A DNA stretch of 64,000 bases from an uncultured beta proteobacterium (GTDB lineage: Bacteria > Pseudomonadota > Gammaproteobacteria > Burkholderiales > Burkholderiaceae_C). The position numbers were made by a program, and so were the translations under genes. The notes beneath the pieces are model-generated. The model had not been told where the DNA came from, did no database searches, and saw only the letters and a list, made by a program, of their open reading frames with translations. The stretch spans positions 4,600 through 68,599 of the forward strand of contig CAIPZV010000037.1 of the NCBI GenBank assembly GCA_903869595.1, given 5' to 3'. Below are positions 17,946 to 27,945 of the stretch, piece after piece; the stretch's first letter is position 1, and each line of letters begins with the position of its first letter.

Positions 17946-20054
17946 TTAGCCCTGCTGGTTGTCCGCACTGACGGTATGAATGACCTGAATTGATTGGTCA
18001 TCCGGGATTTCGGCATAAGACAAAACCACCAATTCGCTCACGCGGTGGCGAACGGCTTTGGCCAACCAGGGGCGAATTGCCGGAGAGACCACCAGCACGG
18101 CCGCATGGCCGAGTTCTTCCACGTCCTTAGAGCCTTGGCGCAACGCACCAAACAGGCGCTCGGCCAGACCAGGCTCCATAACCACATTTTGGTTCTGGCT
18201 TTGTTGTTGCAGCACGTTGTGCAGCAACTGCTCCAAGCCCGGGTCCAGCGTCATCACCGAGAGGGTTTCTTTTTCGTCCAGCAGGTTTTGCACAATCATG
18301 CGGCCCAAGCGGGGGCGCAGCAAGGCGGTGAGTTGCTCGGGTTCTTGGGTGCGGGCGCTGACCTCGGACAAAGTTTCCACAATCGTGCGCATATCGCGGA
18401 TCGACACCGAGTCATTGAGCAAACCTTGCAGCGTGCGGGTCAGTACGCCCAGCGACAGCTTGGAGGGCACCAGGTCTTCCACTAACTTGGGCGATTTGGC
18501 AGTCAATTTGTCGAGCAACTGCTGCACCTCGTCATGGCTGAGCAGATCGGCCGCGTTGTCGCGCAACACCTTATTCAAATGGGTGGCTACGGCGGTGGCC
18601 GCATCCACGACGGTGTAGCCCATGGCGCGCGCATGGTCGCGCTGCGATGGTTCGATCCATACCGCTTCCAGGCCAAAAGCCGGTTCGGTTGTCGGGGTGC
18701 CTTCCAAGGTGGCATAGACCTGGCCGGGATTGATCGCCATTTCACGACCGACTTTGACTTTGCCGCGCCCGCGCACCACGCCTTTGAGAACGATGTGGTA
18801 GCTGTCTGGGTCGATGCTCAAGGCATCGCGGATACGCACTGGCTGGATCAAAAAGCCCAGTTCGGCCGACAATTTCTTGCGTACGCCTTTGACGCGCGTC
18901 ATCAGCTGGCCGCCGGTTTCGGCATTGACCAACGGTATCAGGCCATAGCCGATTTCCAAGCCCACCAGGTCCACCTGGTCCAGGTCTTCCCAGTCCAGTT
19001 CCTTGGGCTGCTCGGCGGCGGCCACGGCGGCGGCTTCGGCTACTTTTTCGGGGGAGTCGGCAGCCGCATCGCGGCGCAACAGCATCCAGCCCAGACCGGC
19101 ACTGCCAGCGGACAAAAAGATAAATACCAAATGCGGCATGCCGGGCACGACCCCGAGCACCGCCAAGATGATGGAGGTAATAAACAAAGCGGTCGGATTG
19201 CCCAACTGGGTGGAGGCCTGCTCGGTCATGGACTCGGCGGTCGTCACCCGGGTTACCACAATGGCAGTAGCCAGCGATAACAACAAGGCAGGAATTTGGG
19301 CGACCAGGCCGTCACCAATGGTGAGAAGCGAATAAATACGCGCCGCTTCGCTCATCGATAAACCATGCTGGCCTACACCAATGGCAAAACCTCCCACTAA
19401 ATTGATGACCAAAATCAAAAGTGCGGCAATAGCGTCACCGCTGACAAACTTGGATGCGCCGTCCATCGAGCCGAAGAAGTCCGATTCCTGGCCCAATTCG
19501 GCGCGCCGCACGCGGGCGGTGTCCTGGTCGATCACGCCGGCGTTCAGGTCGGCATCAATCGCCATTTGCTTGCCGGGCATAGCGTCCAGGGTAAAGCGGG
19601 CATTGACCTCGGAGACGCGACCTGCACCCTTGGTCACCACAAAGAAGTTCACGATCATCAAGATGATAAAAATGACGAAACCCACGACGTAATTGCCGCC
19701 GATCACAAACTCGCCAAAGGCGGCCACCACTTTGCCCGCCGCGTCATGGCCCTCGTGGCCGTTGACCAAAATCACGCGGGCCGAGGCCACGTTCAGCGCC
19801 AGGCGCAACATGGTGGCAAACAGCAGCACCGAAGGGAAGGAGGAAAACTCCAGCGGTTTGCGCACTTTGATGGCGATCATGATGATCAAAAGCGCAGACG
19901 CTATGTTGAAAGTAAACAACACGTCCAGCAACATGGGATGCAATGGAATGACCAACATGCCCATGATCAACAAGACCAGTCCGGGGATGCTCAGGTCATT
20001 GAAGTTGAACTTGGACAAATTTTGTCGGATTGTCGACAGGGTCAGCGTGCTCAT
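17946..20054 (-). CDS. flhA: flagellar export gate protein FlhA
   Basis: RVSEVNARFTLDAMPGKQMAIDADLNAG and FFGSMDGASKFV motifs; ATG at 20054. Confidence 0.97.
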   Translation of the reverse strand: MSTLTLSTIRQNLSKFNFNDLSIPGLVLLIMGMLVIPLHPMLLDVLFTFNIASALLIIMIAIKVRKPLEFSSFPSVLLFATMLRLALNVASARVILVNGHEGHDAAGKVVAAFGEFVIGGNYVVGFVIFIILMIVNFFVVTKGAGRVSEVNARFTLDAMPGKQMAIDADLNAGVIDQDTARVRRAELGQESDFFGSMDGASKFVSGDAIAALLILVINLVGGFAIGVGQHGLSMSEAARIYSLLTIGDGLVAQIPALLLSLATAIVVTRVTTAESMTEQASTQLGNPTALFITSIILAVLGVVPGMPHLVFIFLSAGSAGLGWMLLRRDAAADSPEKVAEAAAVAAAEQPKELDWEDLDQVDLVGLEIGYGLIPLVNAETGGQLMTRVKGVRKKLSAELGFLIQPVRIRDALSIDPDSYHIVLKGVVRGRGKVKVGREMAINPGQVYATLEGTPTTEPAFGLEAVWIEPSQRDHARAMGYTVVDAATAVATHLNKVLRDNAADLLSHDEVQQLLDKLTAKSPKLVEDLVPSKLSLGVLTRTLQGLLNDSVSIRDMRTIVETLSEVSARTQEPEQLTALLRPRLGRMIVQNLLDEKETLSVMTLDPGLEQLLHNVLQQQSQNQNVVMEPGLAERLFGALRQGSKDVEELGHAAVLVVSPAIRPWLAKAVRHRVSELVVLSYAEIPDDQSIQVIHTVSADNQQG

Positions 20055-20128
20055 AGTCAGTATTCGGTAGAAATCGGCAGGTTGAAGTGGTGTGCAGGCT
20101 TGGTTTTTTTCGGGTTCCAGGGTCTTTA

Positions 20129-20144
20129 TGCAATCTTTATGCCA
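20129..20144 (-). promoter_or_regulatory. sigma54 -24/-12 promoter of the flhA-flhF-flhG-fliA operon
   Basis: Minus strand TGGCATAAAGATTGCA with exact GG-N10-GC spacing. Confidence 0.8.
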
Positions 20145-20248
20145 CCAACTTTCAGCGAACCCGCTTCGCACCCACCTGCGGCAAACCCTTACCAGTCACG
20201 TTTCTTGCGTTACACATGGCATTGCCACATCCAGTGGCGCGCTAAAGG

Positions 20249-22534
20249 ATGGAAATTTCCATGGACGCAAGAACCGATTTTTTGACCGCCCCGACCCCTT
20301 CTCCGAGGGGAAATGAGGGCTCAGCGGGTACTAGCACGGGCGAAATCAGCCCTTCTGGCGCCCAATTTGCCGGGGTGCTCAATGGGCACATGCTCAAGCT
20401 TGAACGGCAAGCCCTTGCCTCATCGCCCCCCCAAGCAGCCGATTTGCAGGTGTTGCGCCTTGGCAACAAGCTCAACGTCATCACCACCGATGCCCCATTG
20501 CCCGACGTCGCCAGCCTCGCTGACTTCGCCCGCGCGCAGGGTTTGGGTGAATCAGCAGTGAGTGCGCTTTTCGGCACACCCGTACAAACGCTCACCGACC
20601 TAAGCCAGGGGCTGCGTGTCACCAACGGATTGCCTCCGGTACTGGCCCTCGCCACCGATAAGCTCGTCGATAGCGGCAACCCCCAAGCGGCCATGGCATT
20701 AGCCCAGGCAAGTGCCAAAGACTTATTAGAAGCTGGCCTATCGCAGGACGGCATCTCGGTAATCGCCGGTCAAAACTGGTTGAGCTTGCGTGCGCAGAGC
20801 GCCGCCGCAGCGGCGATCACCATCAGCGCAGAGGCGCTTGCCAGACCTGCTCTGGGTGCGAAATTAGCTGTAGCAGCGCAAACAATGGCGGCTGGGGCCC
20901 AGGAAAAGGATCCAGTCCTTGATACAACTACCGCCATTGCCGGCGCTGCGCCGGATTCGAACGGCTTGCAAGCACCAAATGTCTTGCCATGGGACACACA
21001 AGCGCAGCTAAACGCCCTGCTCGCCTCGCAAAGCGCGCTACATATCAGCACCCAGCCTGACGCTGACCGCGCCCTGCTGGCCGCGCGCCCCCCTCAGCCT
21101 GCAGGTCAGGATGGCGCCAAGGCGCTGGAAACCACCCTCGCCATAGACCCCGCATCCGTACTGGCCGCCGCCCTGCAAGCTGGCCTGGGGATGGTGCCGG
21201 TACAAGAAGCGGGCGGGCCAAATGCCTTGGCGGTAACCGTGACCAACCTGTCCATTGAAAAATCTGGCACTGCCAAATTAGCTGACCCGGTAGGCACGGG
21301 TGCCGCGATCGTGGCAGCTGCCGGTGCGCTGATCCAATTGAGCGCTCCGGCAAGTGCCGCCAGCATAGAAGACAGCGCAGAAGTACCTGCGGAGCCGCCA
21401 GCCGACCTGCAAATCCGCCTAGTACCGCCAGACCAGGCCATAACCCAACGCCTCGCTCAAATGGCGGGCAAGTCCAAGCCCATCGATTGGTCTGCTCTGC
21501 TGGCCGGGCAAAAAGTATCCGACACGCTGGCTGGCTTGGCCCACAGCCCCGCGCCCGCGCTCAGCGATGCGCAGGCCAATTTAGTGGTGCAAATGCAGGC
21601 CAATGGTCAATTGCCCGCCTCCACCGACGAGGGACGCAATGCCTTGCTCGCTAAATTGCAAGCCCAAGCCGCCAGCACTCGGGCTACCCCTGCCGGCTTT
21701 AGCGCGCAAACAGGCAGCCAAATACCCACAAGCACCGTTACTGCGCCGCCAATTGCTCCTGCCCCGCAGATCGCGACCCCAAGTGCAGGCGCAGCCGATT
21801 CGCTGCCAACCGACAACAAGGCATTGGCATCGCAAAACACGCTGACCCTGCAAGCCACCGGTGCCGGCGCTTTACTGGCGCCAGCACGCCCGAGCAGCCT
21901 GTGGGAAAGCGTGCGTATAGAAGTACCCTCCGGGCTGGTCTTGGAAGCCCTTCAGGAACACCAGGACCAAAAATCAGATGCTGAGCCTACGCTGCCGACA
22001 AGCGTCAGCGCAGCGGCCGGCCCCGGATCGAGTCAGGCCCACAGCCCGGCCGCAGACAAAGCGCAAGTTGCCACGCCCCAAGCAATGGCAGAGCAGCGCG
22101 CAGCCCAGTACCAGCAGGTGGCGGACCAATTAGGTGAGGCCATGGCCAAACGCCTGATGGCTCAGATTGAACGTGGCCAATGGAAGATGCAATTGCGCAT
22201 GCAACCGGCTGCCCTGGGGCGCATTGATGTGGAACTGGATATGCACGCCAAAGGTCTGGACGCTACCTTCACCAGTGATAACGCCATGACCCGCGAATTG
22301 ATGGCCCAAGGCTCCGCCCGCTTACGCGACACGCTTACGCAAACTGGCACGACAGTTGCTTCAGTTGTTGTGAATGGGGATTCAGGCCGTCAATCCGGCG
22401 GAAATTCGACACCCGGACAAAAACCCAAGGGCGAGCAAAATGCCAACAACAAGAAAGGCCTTAGCCCCGCGCTGGTCCAGACGGCTGCAATGCCGCCTGC
22501 TGCACAGGGTGACGGTCTGAATGTGTTGGCTTAA
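20249..22534 (+). CDS. fliK: flagellar hook-length control protein FliK (long)
   Basis: Low-complexity A/P/Q body; C-terminal T3S4 domain (MQLRMQPAALGRIDVEL...RLRDTL); heads the fliL-R run. Confidence 0.88.
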   Translation: MEISMDARTDFLTAPTPSPRGNEGSAGTSTGEISPSGAQFAGVLNGHMLKLERQALASSPPQAADLQVLRLGNKLNVITTDAPLPDVASLADFARAQGLGESAVSALFGTPVQTLTDLSQGLRVTNGLPPVLALATDKLVDSGNPQAAMALAQASAKDLLEAGLSQDGISVIAGQNWLSLRAQSAAAAAITISAEALARPALGAKLAVAAQTMAAGAQEKDPVLDTTTAIAGAAPDSNGLQAPNVLPWDTQAQLNALLASQSALHISTQPDADRALLAARPPQPAGQDGAKALETTLAIDPASVLAAALQAGLGMVPVQEAGGPNALAVTVTNLSIEKSGTAKLADPVGTGAAIVAAAGALIQLSAPASAASIEDSAEVPAEPPADLQIRLVPPDQAITQRLAQMAGKSKPIDWSALLAGQKVSDTLAGLAHSPAPALSDAQANLVVQMQANGQLPASTDEGRNALLAKLQAQAASTRATPAGFSAQTGSQIPTSTVTAPPIAPAPQIATPSAGAADSLPTDNKALASQNTLTLQATGAGALLAPARPSSLWESVRIEVPSGLVLEALQEHQDQKSDAEPTLPTSVSAAAGPGSSQAHSPAADKAQVATPQAMAEQRAAQYQQVADQLGEAMAKRLMAQIERGQWKMQLRMQPAALGRIDVELDMHAKGLDATFTSDNAMTRELMAQGSARLRDTLTQTGTTVASVVVNGDSGRQSGGNSTPGQKPKGEQNANNKKGLSPALVQTAAMPPAAQGDGLNVLA

Positions 22535-22586
22535 AGCCGGCCCCGAGAACGATTGCAATTGAAGAACCCAGATTGAGAGGTACCTT

Positions 22587-23291
22587 ATGGCAGACGCAGC
22601 ACCAGCAGAAGCGGAAGCGGAAGTAGAAGCCAAGCCCAAGAAGCCGATTGCACTGATTATTGGCGTGGTGGTGGGCATTATTGTGCTGATCGCCGGTACG
22701 GTAGTCGGCACGCTTTTGCTTGCCAAGCAAACTGGCTTTTTTGCGCCTCCTCCTAACCCCGACGCCATGCTCGAAGGCGAAGGCGGCGACGGCCACGGCG
22801 AGAAAGCCGGCGATGGCCATGGCGCCCCTGCCGGCGATGGCCATGGCGACAAGAAAGCCGACGCCCATGGCGCACCCGCTGACGCCCATGGCGGTGGCCA
22901 CGGCGACAAGAAAGGCGACGCCAAAGAAGGCGGCCCGCCCAAGCTGAACAAAAAATCGCCCGACAGCCCGCGCTTTGAGTACACCTACTTCCAGCTGGAA
23001 CGTGAATTTTTGGTCAATCTGAGCGGATCGAAAAAAGTGATGTCCGTGCAAATTGCCTTGATGACGCGCTATGACGAGCGCGTAATCGAGAACGTGAAAA
23101 AGCATGAATTTGCCCTGCGCTCGGCCATCATGGACGCTATGCGCATGACGACCGAAGCGGATCTGGCCAAGCCTGACTTCCGTAAGGACCTGGCTAAAAA
23201 AGTCGCCGACGTGATGAATACCTTGTTGGAAAAATATGAAGACTTCGGCGGCGTCGAAGAAATCAATTTCACCAACTTTATCGTCCAGTAA
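22587..23291 (+). CDS. fliL: flagellar basal body protein FliL
   Basis: Single N-terminal TM; FLVNLSG, LRSAI and EEINFTNFIVQ motifs; contains a His/Gly repeat insert. Confidence 0.92.
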   Translation: MADAAPAEAEAEVEAKPKKPIALIIGVVVGIIVLIAGTVVGTLLLAKQTGFFAPPPNPDAMLEGEGGDGHGEKAGDGHGAPAGDGHGDKKADAHGAPADAHGGGHGDKKGDAKEGGPPKLNKKSPDSPRFEYTYFQLEREFLVNLSGSKKVMSVQIALMTRYDERVIENVKKHEFALRSAIMDAMRMTTEADLAKPDFRKDLAKKVADVMNTLLEKYEDFGGVEEINFTNFIVQ

Positions 23292-23324
23292 ACCACCGGT
23301 CCTACCGACAAAGCGCTTTGCACA

Positions 23325-24317
23325 ATGGCCGATAACCTGCTTTCCGCTGACGAACTCTCGGCCCTGGCCGAAGGGGTGAATGACGGCTCCATCGCAGTCG
23401 ATACCGGCTTCAATACCGCAGCGCGCGTTAAGAAGCACGACCTCGCCAGCGAAGACAGCAGCTTAGGCGTCAATGTCGGTTCTATCGACATGATTAACGA
23501 GCGCTTTATCCGCTTGTTCCGCCCCCAACTGATGGATGTGCTGCGCACCAGCCCGCGCATTAACCCCACCAAAGTGCAAATCGTCAAGTTTGGCGACTAT
23601 GTCAAAGACTTGCGCGCGCCCTTGTCGGTCAATGTCATCCGCATGAACCCGCTGCGCGGTTTCACACTGATGGTCATGGACCCGACGATTGTGTTTAGTT
23701 CGCTAGACAGTTTCTTCGGCGGATTTGGCAAAGGCACGCTAGGGCAACTCTCGCCCGGGCGCTTGTTCACGCCGATGGAAACACGCATCATCAATATGAT
23801 TTTGGACGTGACCTTCCGCAACCTGAAAGAAGCCTGGAGCCCACTCATGCCAGTGGACTTCGAGTTTGTCAGCTCCGAGATCAACCCGCAATTTGCGCAA
23901 ATCGCCGACGAAAACGACCTGGTTATTTTGAGCCGCTTCGAAACTGAAACGGCCACGCAAAACGTGGGCTTTTTTGACGTGGTGCATCCCTATACCTCGC
24001 TCAAACCGGTGCGTGAATTGTTGCGCAGTAGGGTGCAGTCTGGGGATGGCAATGAAGACTCAGACCGCCAATGGCGCGGTGAGTTGGAAGAGGCCGTAGG
24101 CGGCTCCTGCATGGAAGCACGCGTGGTGCTGGGCTATATCAATTCCACCCTGCGCGTCGTCGAGTCCATGCAAGCGGGCGATATTTTGTATTTCAAGAAA
24201 CCAGAATTTGCCGTGTTGGAAGCCAATGAAATTCCAGCCTTTGACGTGCATGTGGGCACGCTGGGCGCCCAGGTGGCAGTTCAGGTCGAACGTGCCGTTG
24301 TCCCAGGCAAATCCTAA
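23325..24317 (+). CDS. fliM: C-ring protein FliM
   Basis: LLSADELSAL CheY-binding motif; INERFIR and SEINPQFAQI motifs. Confidence 0.95.
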   Translation: MADNLLSADELSALAEGVNDGSIAVDTGFNTAARVKKHDLASEDSSLGVNVGSIDMINERFIRLFRPQLMDVLRTSPRINPTKVQIVKFGDYVKDLRAPLSVNVIRMNPLRGFTLMVMDPTIVFSSLDSFFGGFGKGTLGQLSPGRLFTPMETRIINMILDVTFRNLKEAWSPLMPVDFEFVSSEINPQFAQIADENDLVILSRFETETATQNVGFFDVVHPYTSLKPVRELLRSRVQSGDGNEDSDRQWRGELEEAVGGSCMEARVVLGYINSTLRVVESMQAGDILYFKKPEFAVLEANEIPAFDVHVGTLGAQVAVQVERAVVPGKS

Positions 24318-24335
24318 CGTTTGAGGAAACATCCC

Positions 24336-24644
24336 ATGACCGAAGCACTGACCGACGAGAGCTCTGCAAGCCACGACCCAGAAAACCAGATCAACCCTGA
24401 AGTCCTGCAAAACATCAGCGTCACGCTGAGTATTGAAGTGGGCCGGGCCATGATCAAAATCAAAGACCTGATGCGCTTGACCCAAGGCAGTGTGGTCGAG
24501 CTGGATCGCATCGCCGGCGAGCCCCTGGATCTGTTAATTAACAATACCGTAGTCGCACAAGGCGAAGTGGTGCTGGTCAACGAACGCTATGGCATACGCC
24601 TGACGCGTGTAGTGCCCGCATCCGAGCGGATGAAAAACCTGTAG
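24336..24644 (+). CDS. fliN: C-ring protein FliN
   Basis: GSVVELDRIAGEPLDLLIN...GEVVLVNERYGIR. Confidence 0.95.
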   Translation: MTEALTDESSASHDPENQINPEVLQNISVTLSIEVGRAMIKIKDLMRLTQGSVVELDRIAGEPLDLLINNTVVAQGEVVLVNERYGIRLTRVVPASERMKNL

Positions 24645-24651
24645 GCGCAGC

Positions 24652-24954
24652 ATGGGTACGGCGGGCGCGAGCGGAGTCGATTGGCTACGGGTCAGCGGCA
24701 GTTTTGTATTGGTCTTGCTGCTCTTGGGCGGCATGCTCTGGCTGTTGCGCCGTATGAAAGACTTGCAAGTGCGCCACAAAGGCCCTGCCTTACTGGAATT
24801 GCGCGAAACCATTCATGTAGGCCCGCGCCAGAAAGTCGCACTACTTCGCGTGGGTGATAAACACGTACTCGTGGGCATCAGTCCGCAACAACTGGTCGCA
24901 CTCGGTGAAGTCCAGCCCTTTGCCAGCTTGGAAGGAACGCACAGTGAAAGCTAA
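24652..24954 (+). CDS. fliO: flagellar biosynthesis protein FliO
   Basis: TM followed by VGPRQKVALLRVGDKHVLVG; located between fliN and fliP. Confidence 0.88.
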   Translation: MGTAGASGVDWLRVSGSFVLVLLLLGGMLWLLRRMKDLQVRHKGPALLELRETIHVGPRQKVALLRVGDKHVLVGISPQQLVALGEVQPFASLEGTHSES

Positions 24955-25687
24955 ATACGGCGTCAGCATCTTGCTGCTGCTCTTGCTGGCAGTGCCTGCC
25001 TATTCCTTGGCGCAAGGCATCCCCATGGTCAATGTGACCGGCACCGGCAAAGACACCCAGTACAGCTTGTCACTGCAGCTGCTGGCACTGATGACGGTGC
25101 TGACACTGTTGCCCTCGCTACTTTTGATGATGACCTCCTTTGTACGCATCATCATCGTCATGTCGATCTTGCGCCAAGCGCTGGGCACGGGCCAGACGCC
25201 ACCCAATAACGTGCTGGTAGGTATCGCCTTGTTTTTAACCCTGTTCATCATGTCGCCCACGCTGGAAGCGGTGTACCAAAACGCCGCCGTGCCTTACATG
25301 GAGCAGGGCATGAAGTTTGACAAAGCCCTGGCCGCTGCCGAAGCGCCGCTGCGTAGCTTTATGACCAAGCAAACCCGGGAAGACGACATTGCCATGTTCA
25401 TGCAAATGGCCCGCAACAAGGATGTAGCCAGTGCCGACGCCGTGCCCTTTACCACCCTGGTGCCCGCCTTTATCACTTCCGAGCTGAAAAGCGCTTTCAC
25501 GATCGGTTTTCTGGTTTACATCCCCTTTGTGGTGATTGACCTGATTGTGGCCAGCGTGTTGATGTCTATGGGTATGGCGATGCTCTCGCCCATGATGATT
25601 TCCATGCCCTTTAAGTTAATGTTGTTTGTGCTGGTGGATGGCTGGAGCCTGATCATGGGCTCGCTGGCAGCGAGCTTTGTCACTTAA
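24944..25687 (+). CDS. fliP: export apparatus protein FliP
   Basis: MTSFVRIIIV, LGTGQTPPN, ELKSAF and PFKLMLFVLVDGW motifs; GTG start inferred. Confidence 0.96.
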   Translation: MKAKYGVSILLLLLLAVPAYSLAQGIPMVNVTGTGKDTQYSLSLQLLALMTVLTLLPSLLLMMTSFVRIIIVMSILRQALGTGQTPPNNVLVGIALFLTLFIMSPTLEAVYQNAAVPYMEQGMKFDKALAAAEAPLRSFMTKQTREDDIAMFMQMARNKDVASADAVPFTTLVPAFITSELKSAFTIGFLVYIPFVVIDLIVASVLMSMGMAMLSPMMISMPFKLMLFVLVDGWSLIMGSLAASFVT

Positions 25688-25707
25688 ATTGCAAGAGGAG
25701 AAATGCC

Positions 25708-25977
25708 ATGGATATCGCGGCGGTTGTGGATTTAGGGCACCAGGCTTTGTGGATGGTGGTACTCATTTCGGCGCCTTTGCTGGGCGTGTCGCTGGTCGTG
25801 GGCTTGGTGATCGGCATCATCCAGGCGGCCACTTCGATCAATGAGCAGACTCTCAGCTTTATCCCCAAGCTGGCGGCGCTGGCGATCACGCTGGCGCTGG
25901 TAGGTGGCTGGCAGTTAGCGACACTGATTGACTATACGCGCGGCATTTTTCAACGTATTCCAACACTGTTCGTGTGA
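25708..25977 (+). CDS. fliQ: export apparatus protein FliQ
   Basis: QAATSINEQTLSFIPK motif. Confidence 0.96.
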   Translation: MDIAAVVDLGHQALWMVVLISAPLLGVSLVVGLVIGIIQAATSINEQTLSFIPKLAALAITLALVGGWQLATLIDYTRGIFQRIPTLFV

Positions 25978-26004
25978 GCGCAGCGCCATCCGAACGAGTG
26001 CACT

Positions 26005-26781
26005 ATGAATTTACTGGCCGCCGACCTCATCGAAAGGTTTTATACCTTTTTGTGGCCTATGCTGCGGATTTCGGCGCTGCTTTTGTCTGCGCCGATTTTT
26101 TCTTTGCGCTCACTGAACACGCGCATGCGGGTACTGCTGGGCGTGGCGCTGACCTGGATGATTTATCCGCTATTTGATTGGCCGGCCATAGACCCGGTCT
26201 CGCCTGCTGGATTGGTAGAGGTTTTCAACCAAGTCTCTATTGGTTTGGTCATGGGATTGTCGCTGCAAGTCATTACGGCAGCGATTTTGCTGGCAGGCCA
26301 GTCCATCTCCACCGCCGTGGGTTTGTCTATGGCCATGTTGATGGACCCGAATCTGGGCAGTGTGCCGGTAATAGCGCAATTTGTGCTGATTTTGTCAACC
26401 ATGATTTTTATCGGCCTGGGTGGCCACACCATGTTGCTGGCGCTGGTCGTCGATAGTTTCAACAGCCTACCCATCGGCAAAGGACTACTCACCACCGCCG
26501 CTTGGGCACATTTTGTCAAGTGGAGTTCCATGATTTTTTTGGGTGCTGTGCTGCTGGCATTGCCGGTCATGGTGACCATGTTGTTCATCAACATCGGTCT
26601 GGGCGTGGCGACCCGCGCAGCGCCTAGCCTGAACATTTTTTCGCTGGGCCTGCCAGTCATGATCGTGGCCGGTTTTGCCGTGCTGATGATCGCACTGCCT
26701 AGTGTGGGAGCGCGCATTGAATGGCTCTGGTTGCAGGGCTTTATGGAAATACGGGGCCAGATCACCCCGGCTGGAGGCTAA
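26005..26781 (+). CDS. fliR: export apparatus protein FliR
   Basis: Multi-TM protein with TRAAPSLNIFSLGLP motif. Confidence 0.94.
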   Translation: MNLLAADLIERFYTFLWPMLRISALLLSAPIFSLRSLNTRMRVLLGVALTWMIYPLFDWPAIDPVSPAGLVEVFNQVSIGLVMGLSLQVITAAILLAGQSISTAVGLSMAMLMDPNLGSVPVIAQFVLILSTMIFIGLGGHTMLLALVVDSFNSLPIGKGLLTTAAWAHFVKWSSMIFLGAVLLALPVMVTMLFINIGLGVATRAAPSLNIFSLGLPVMIVAGFAVLMIALPSVGARIEWLWLQGFMEIRGQITPAGG

Positions 26782-26784
26782 GCG

Positions 26785-27945
26785 ATGGCAGACGACAGCG
26801 GCGATCGCACCGAAGACCCGACCGCGCGGCGCCTCAAGCGTGCGCGCGATGACGGCCAGGTAGCCCGCTCCGCCGAACTACCGGCCGCTGCTGTGATGAT
26901 TTGCAGCGTCCTCATGTTGCTGATGATGGGCGATGTCTGGTTCAAACAATTATCGGTCTATTTCAGCGCCGGCTTTACGTTTGATCGCAAGTTGCTGGAG
27001 TCCCCTATGCTACTGCCTGCAGCCTTTGGCAGCCAGTTGCTACACGGCCTGCTTTTGGTATTGCCGCTGATGCTTGTCACCATGGTGGTGGCCATACTGG
27101 CGTCAGGTGCAACTGGCGGCTTTCTGTTTTCACTCAAGTCCATACTGCCCGATTTTTCCAAACTCAATCCCATCTCAGGGATGAAAAAAATAGTCGGCGC
27201 CGATGCCGTCGTACAGCTCGTCAAATCCATTTTAAAAATGGTCTTGATCGGCACCGTGCTGGTCAACATGCTGAACCACCATTTTGTCGAGCTGATGTCC
27301 CTGGGCGCCATGGCCTTGGAGCCGGCCCTGGCCAAAGCCGGTAGCTTAATTTCTGAGTCGGTGATGTGGCTCACGCTGTGCTTGGTGCTGATTGCCATGA
27401 TCGATGTGCCTTACCAAAAATACAGCTTCATGAAGCGTATGCGCATGACCAAGCAAGAGATCAAAGACGAGCACAAAGACATGGAAGGCCGTCCCGAGGT
27501 CAAAGCACAAATCCGCCGCCGCCAGCGCGAAGTGTCCACCGCCCGCATGATGCAAAAAGTCAAAGAGGCCGACGTCATCATCACCAACCCGGAGCACTTT
27601 GCAGTCGCCCTGTCCTACGACCCCACGTCCGACGGCGCCCCGCTATTGCTGGCCAAAGGCGTGGACCACACCGCCGCGCGCATCCGCGAAGAAGGTAAGG
27701 CTCACAGCATCGAAATTTTTGCCGCCCCCGAACTCGCCCGTGCGCTGTACTTCACCACCGAACTAGACCAGCCCATCCCCGAGGCCCTGTATTTTGCGGT
27801 AGCCCAGGTGATTGCCTATGTGTTCAGCCTGGCCCAGGTGCAGCCGGGCGTGGACCCCATGGCACGTCCCGCACCCAAACTTCCAGCGTCCATGCTGTTT
27901 GACACCAACGGCAAGCCTTTGCACCCTGAGGCAGTACCCGCATGA
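26785..27945 (+). CDS. flhB: export switch protein FlhB
   Basis: RTEDPTARRLKRARDDGQ, MTKQEIKDEHKDMEGRPEVK and the NPEH autocleavage motif. Confidence 0.96.
   Translation: MADDSGDRTEDPTARRLKRARDDGQVARSAELPAAAVMICSVLMLLMMGDVWFKQLSVYFSAGFTFDRKLLESPMLLPAAFGSQLLHGLLLVLPLMLVTMVVAILASGATGGFLFSLKSILPDFSKLNPISGMKKIVGADAVVQLVKSILKMVLIGTVLVNMLNHHFVELMSLGAMALEPALAKAGSLISESVMWLTLCLVLIAMIDVPYQKYSFMKRMRMTKQEIKDEHKDMEGRPEVKAQIRRRQREVSTARMMQKVKEADVIITNPEHFAVALSYDPTSDGAPLLLAKGVDHTAARIREEGKAHSIEIFAAPELARALYFTTELDQPIPEALYFAVAQVIAYVFSLAQVQPGVDPMARPAPKLPASMLFDTNGKPLHPEAVPA

Noticed and set aside
20194-20209. AGTCACGTTTCTTGCG as a sigma54 promoter for fliK
   Set aside because: The -12 element and spacing are good, but the near-invariant -24 GG is GT; unsupported without TSS data.
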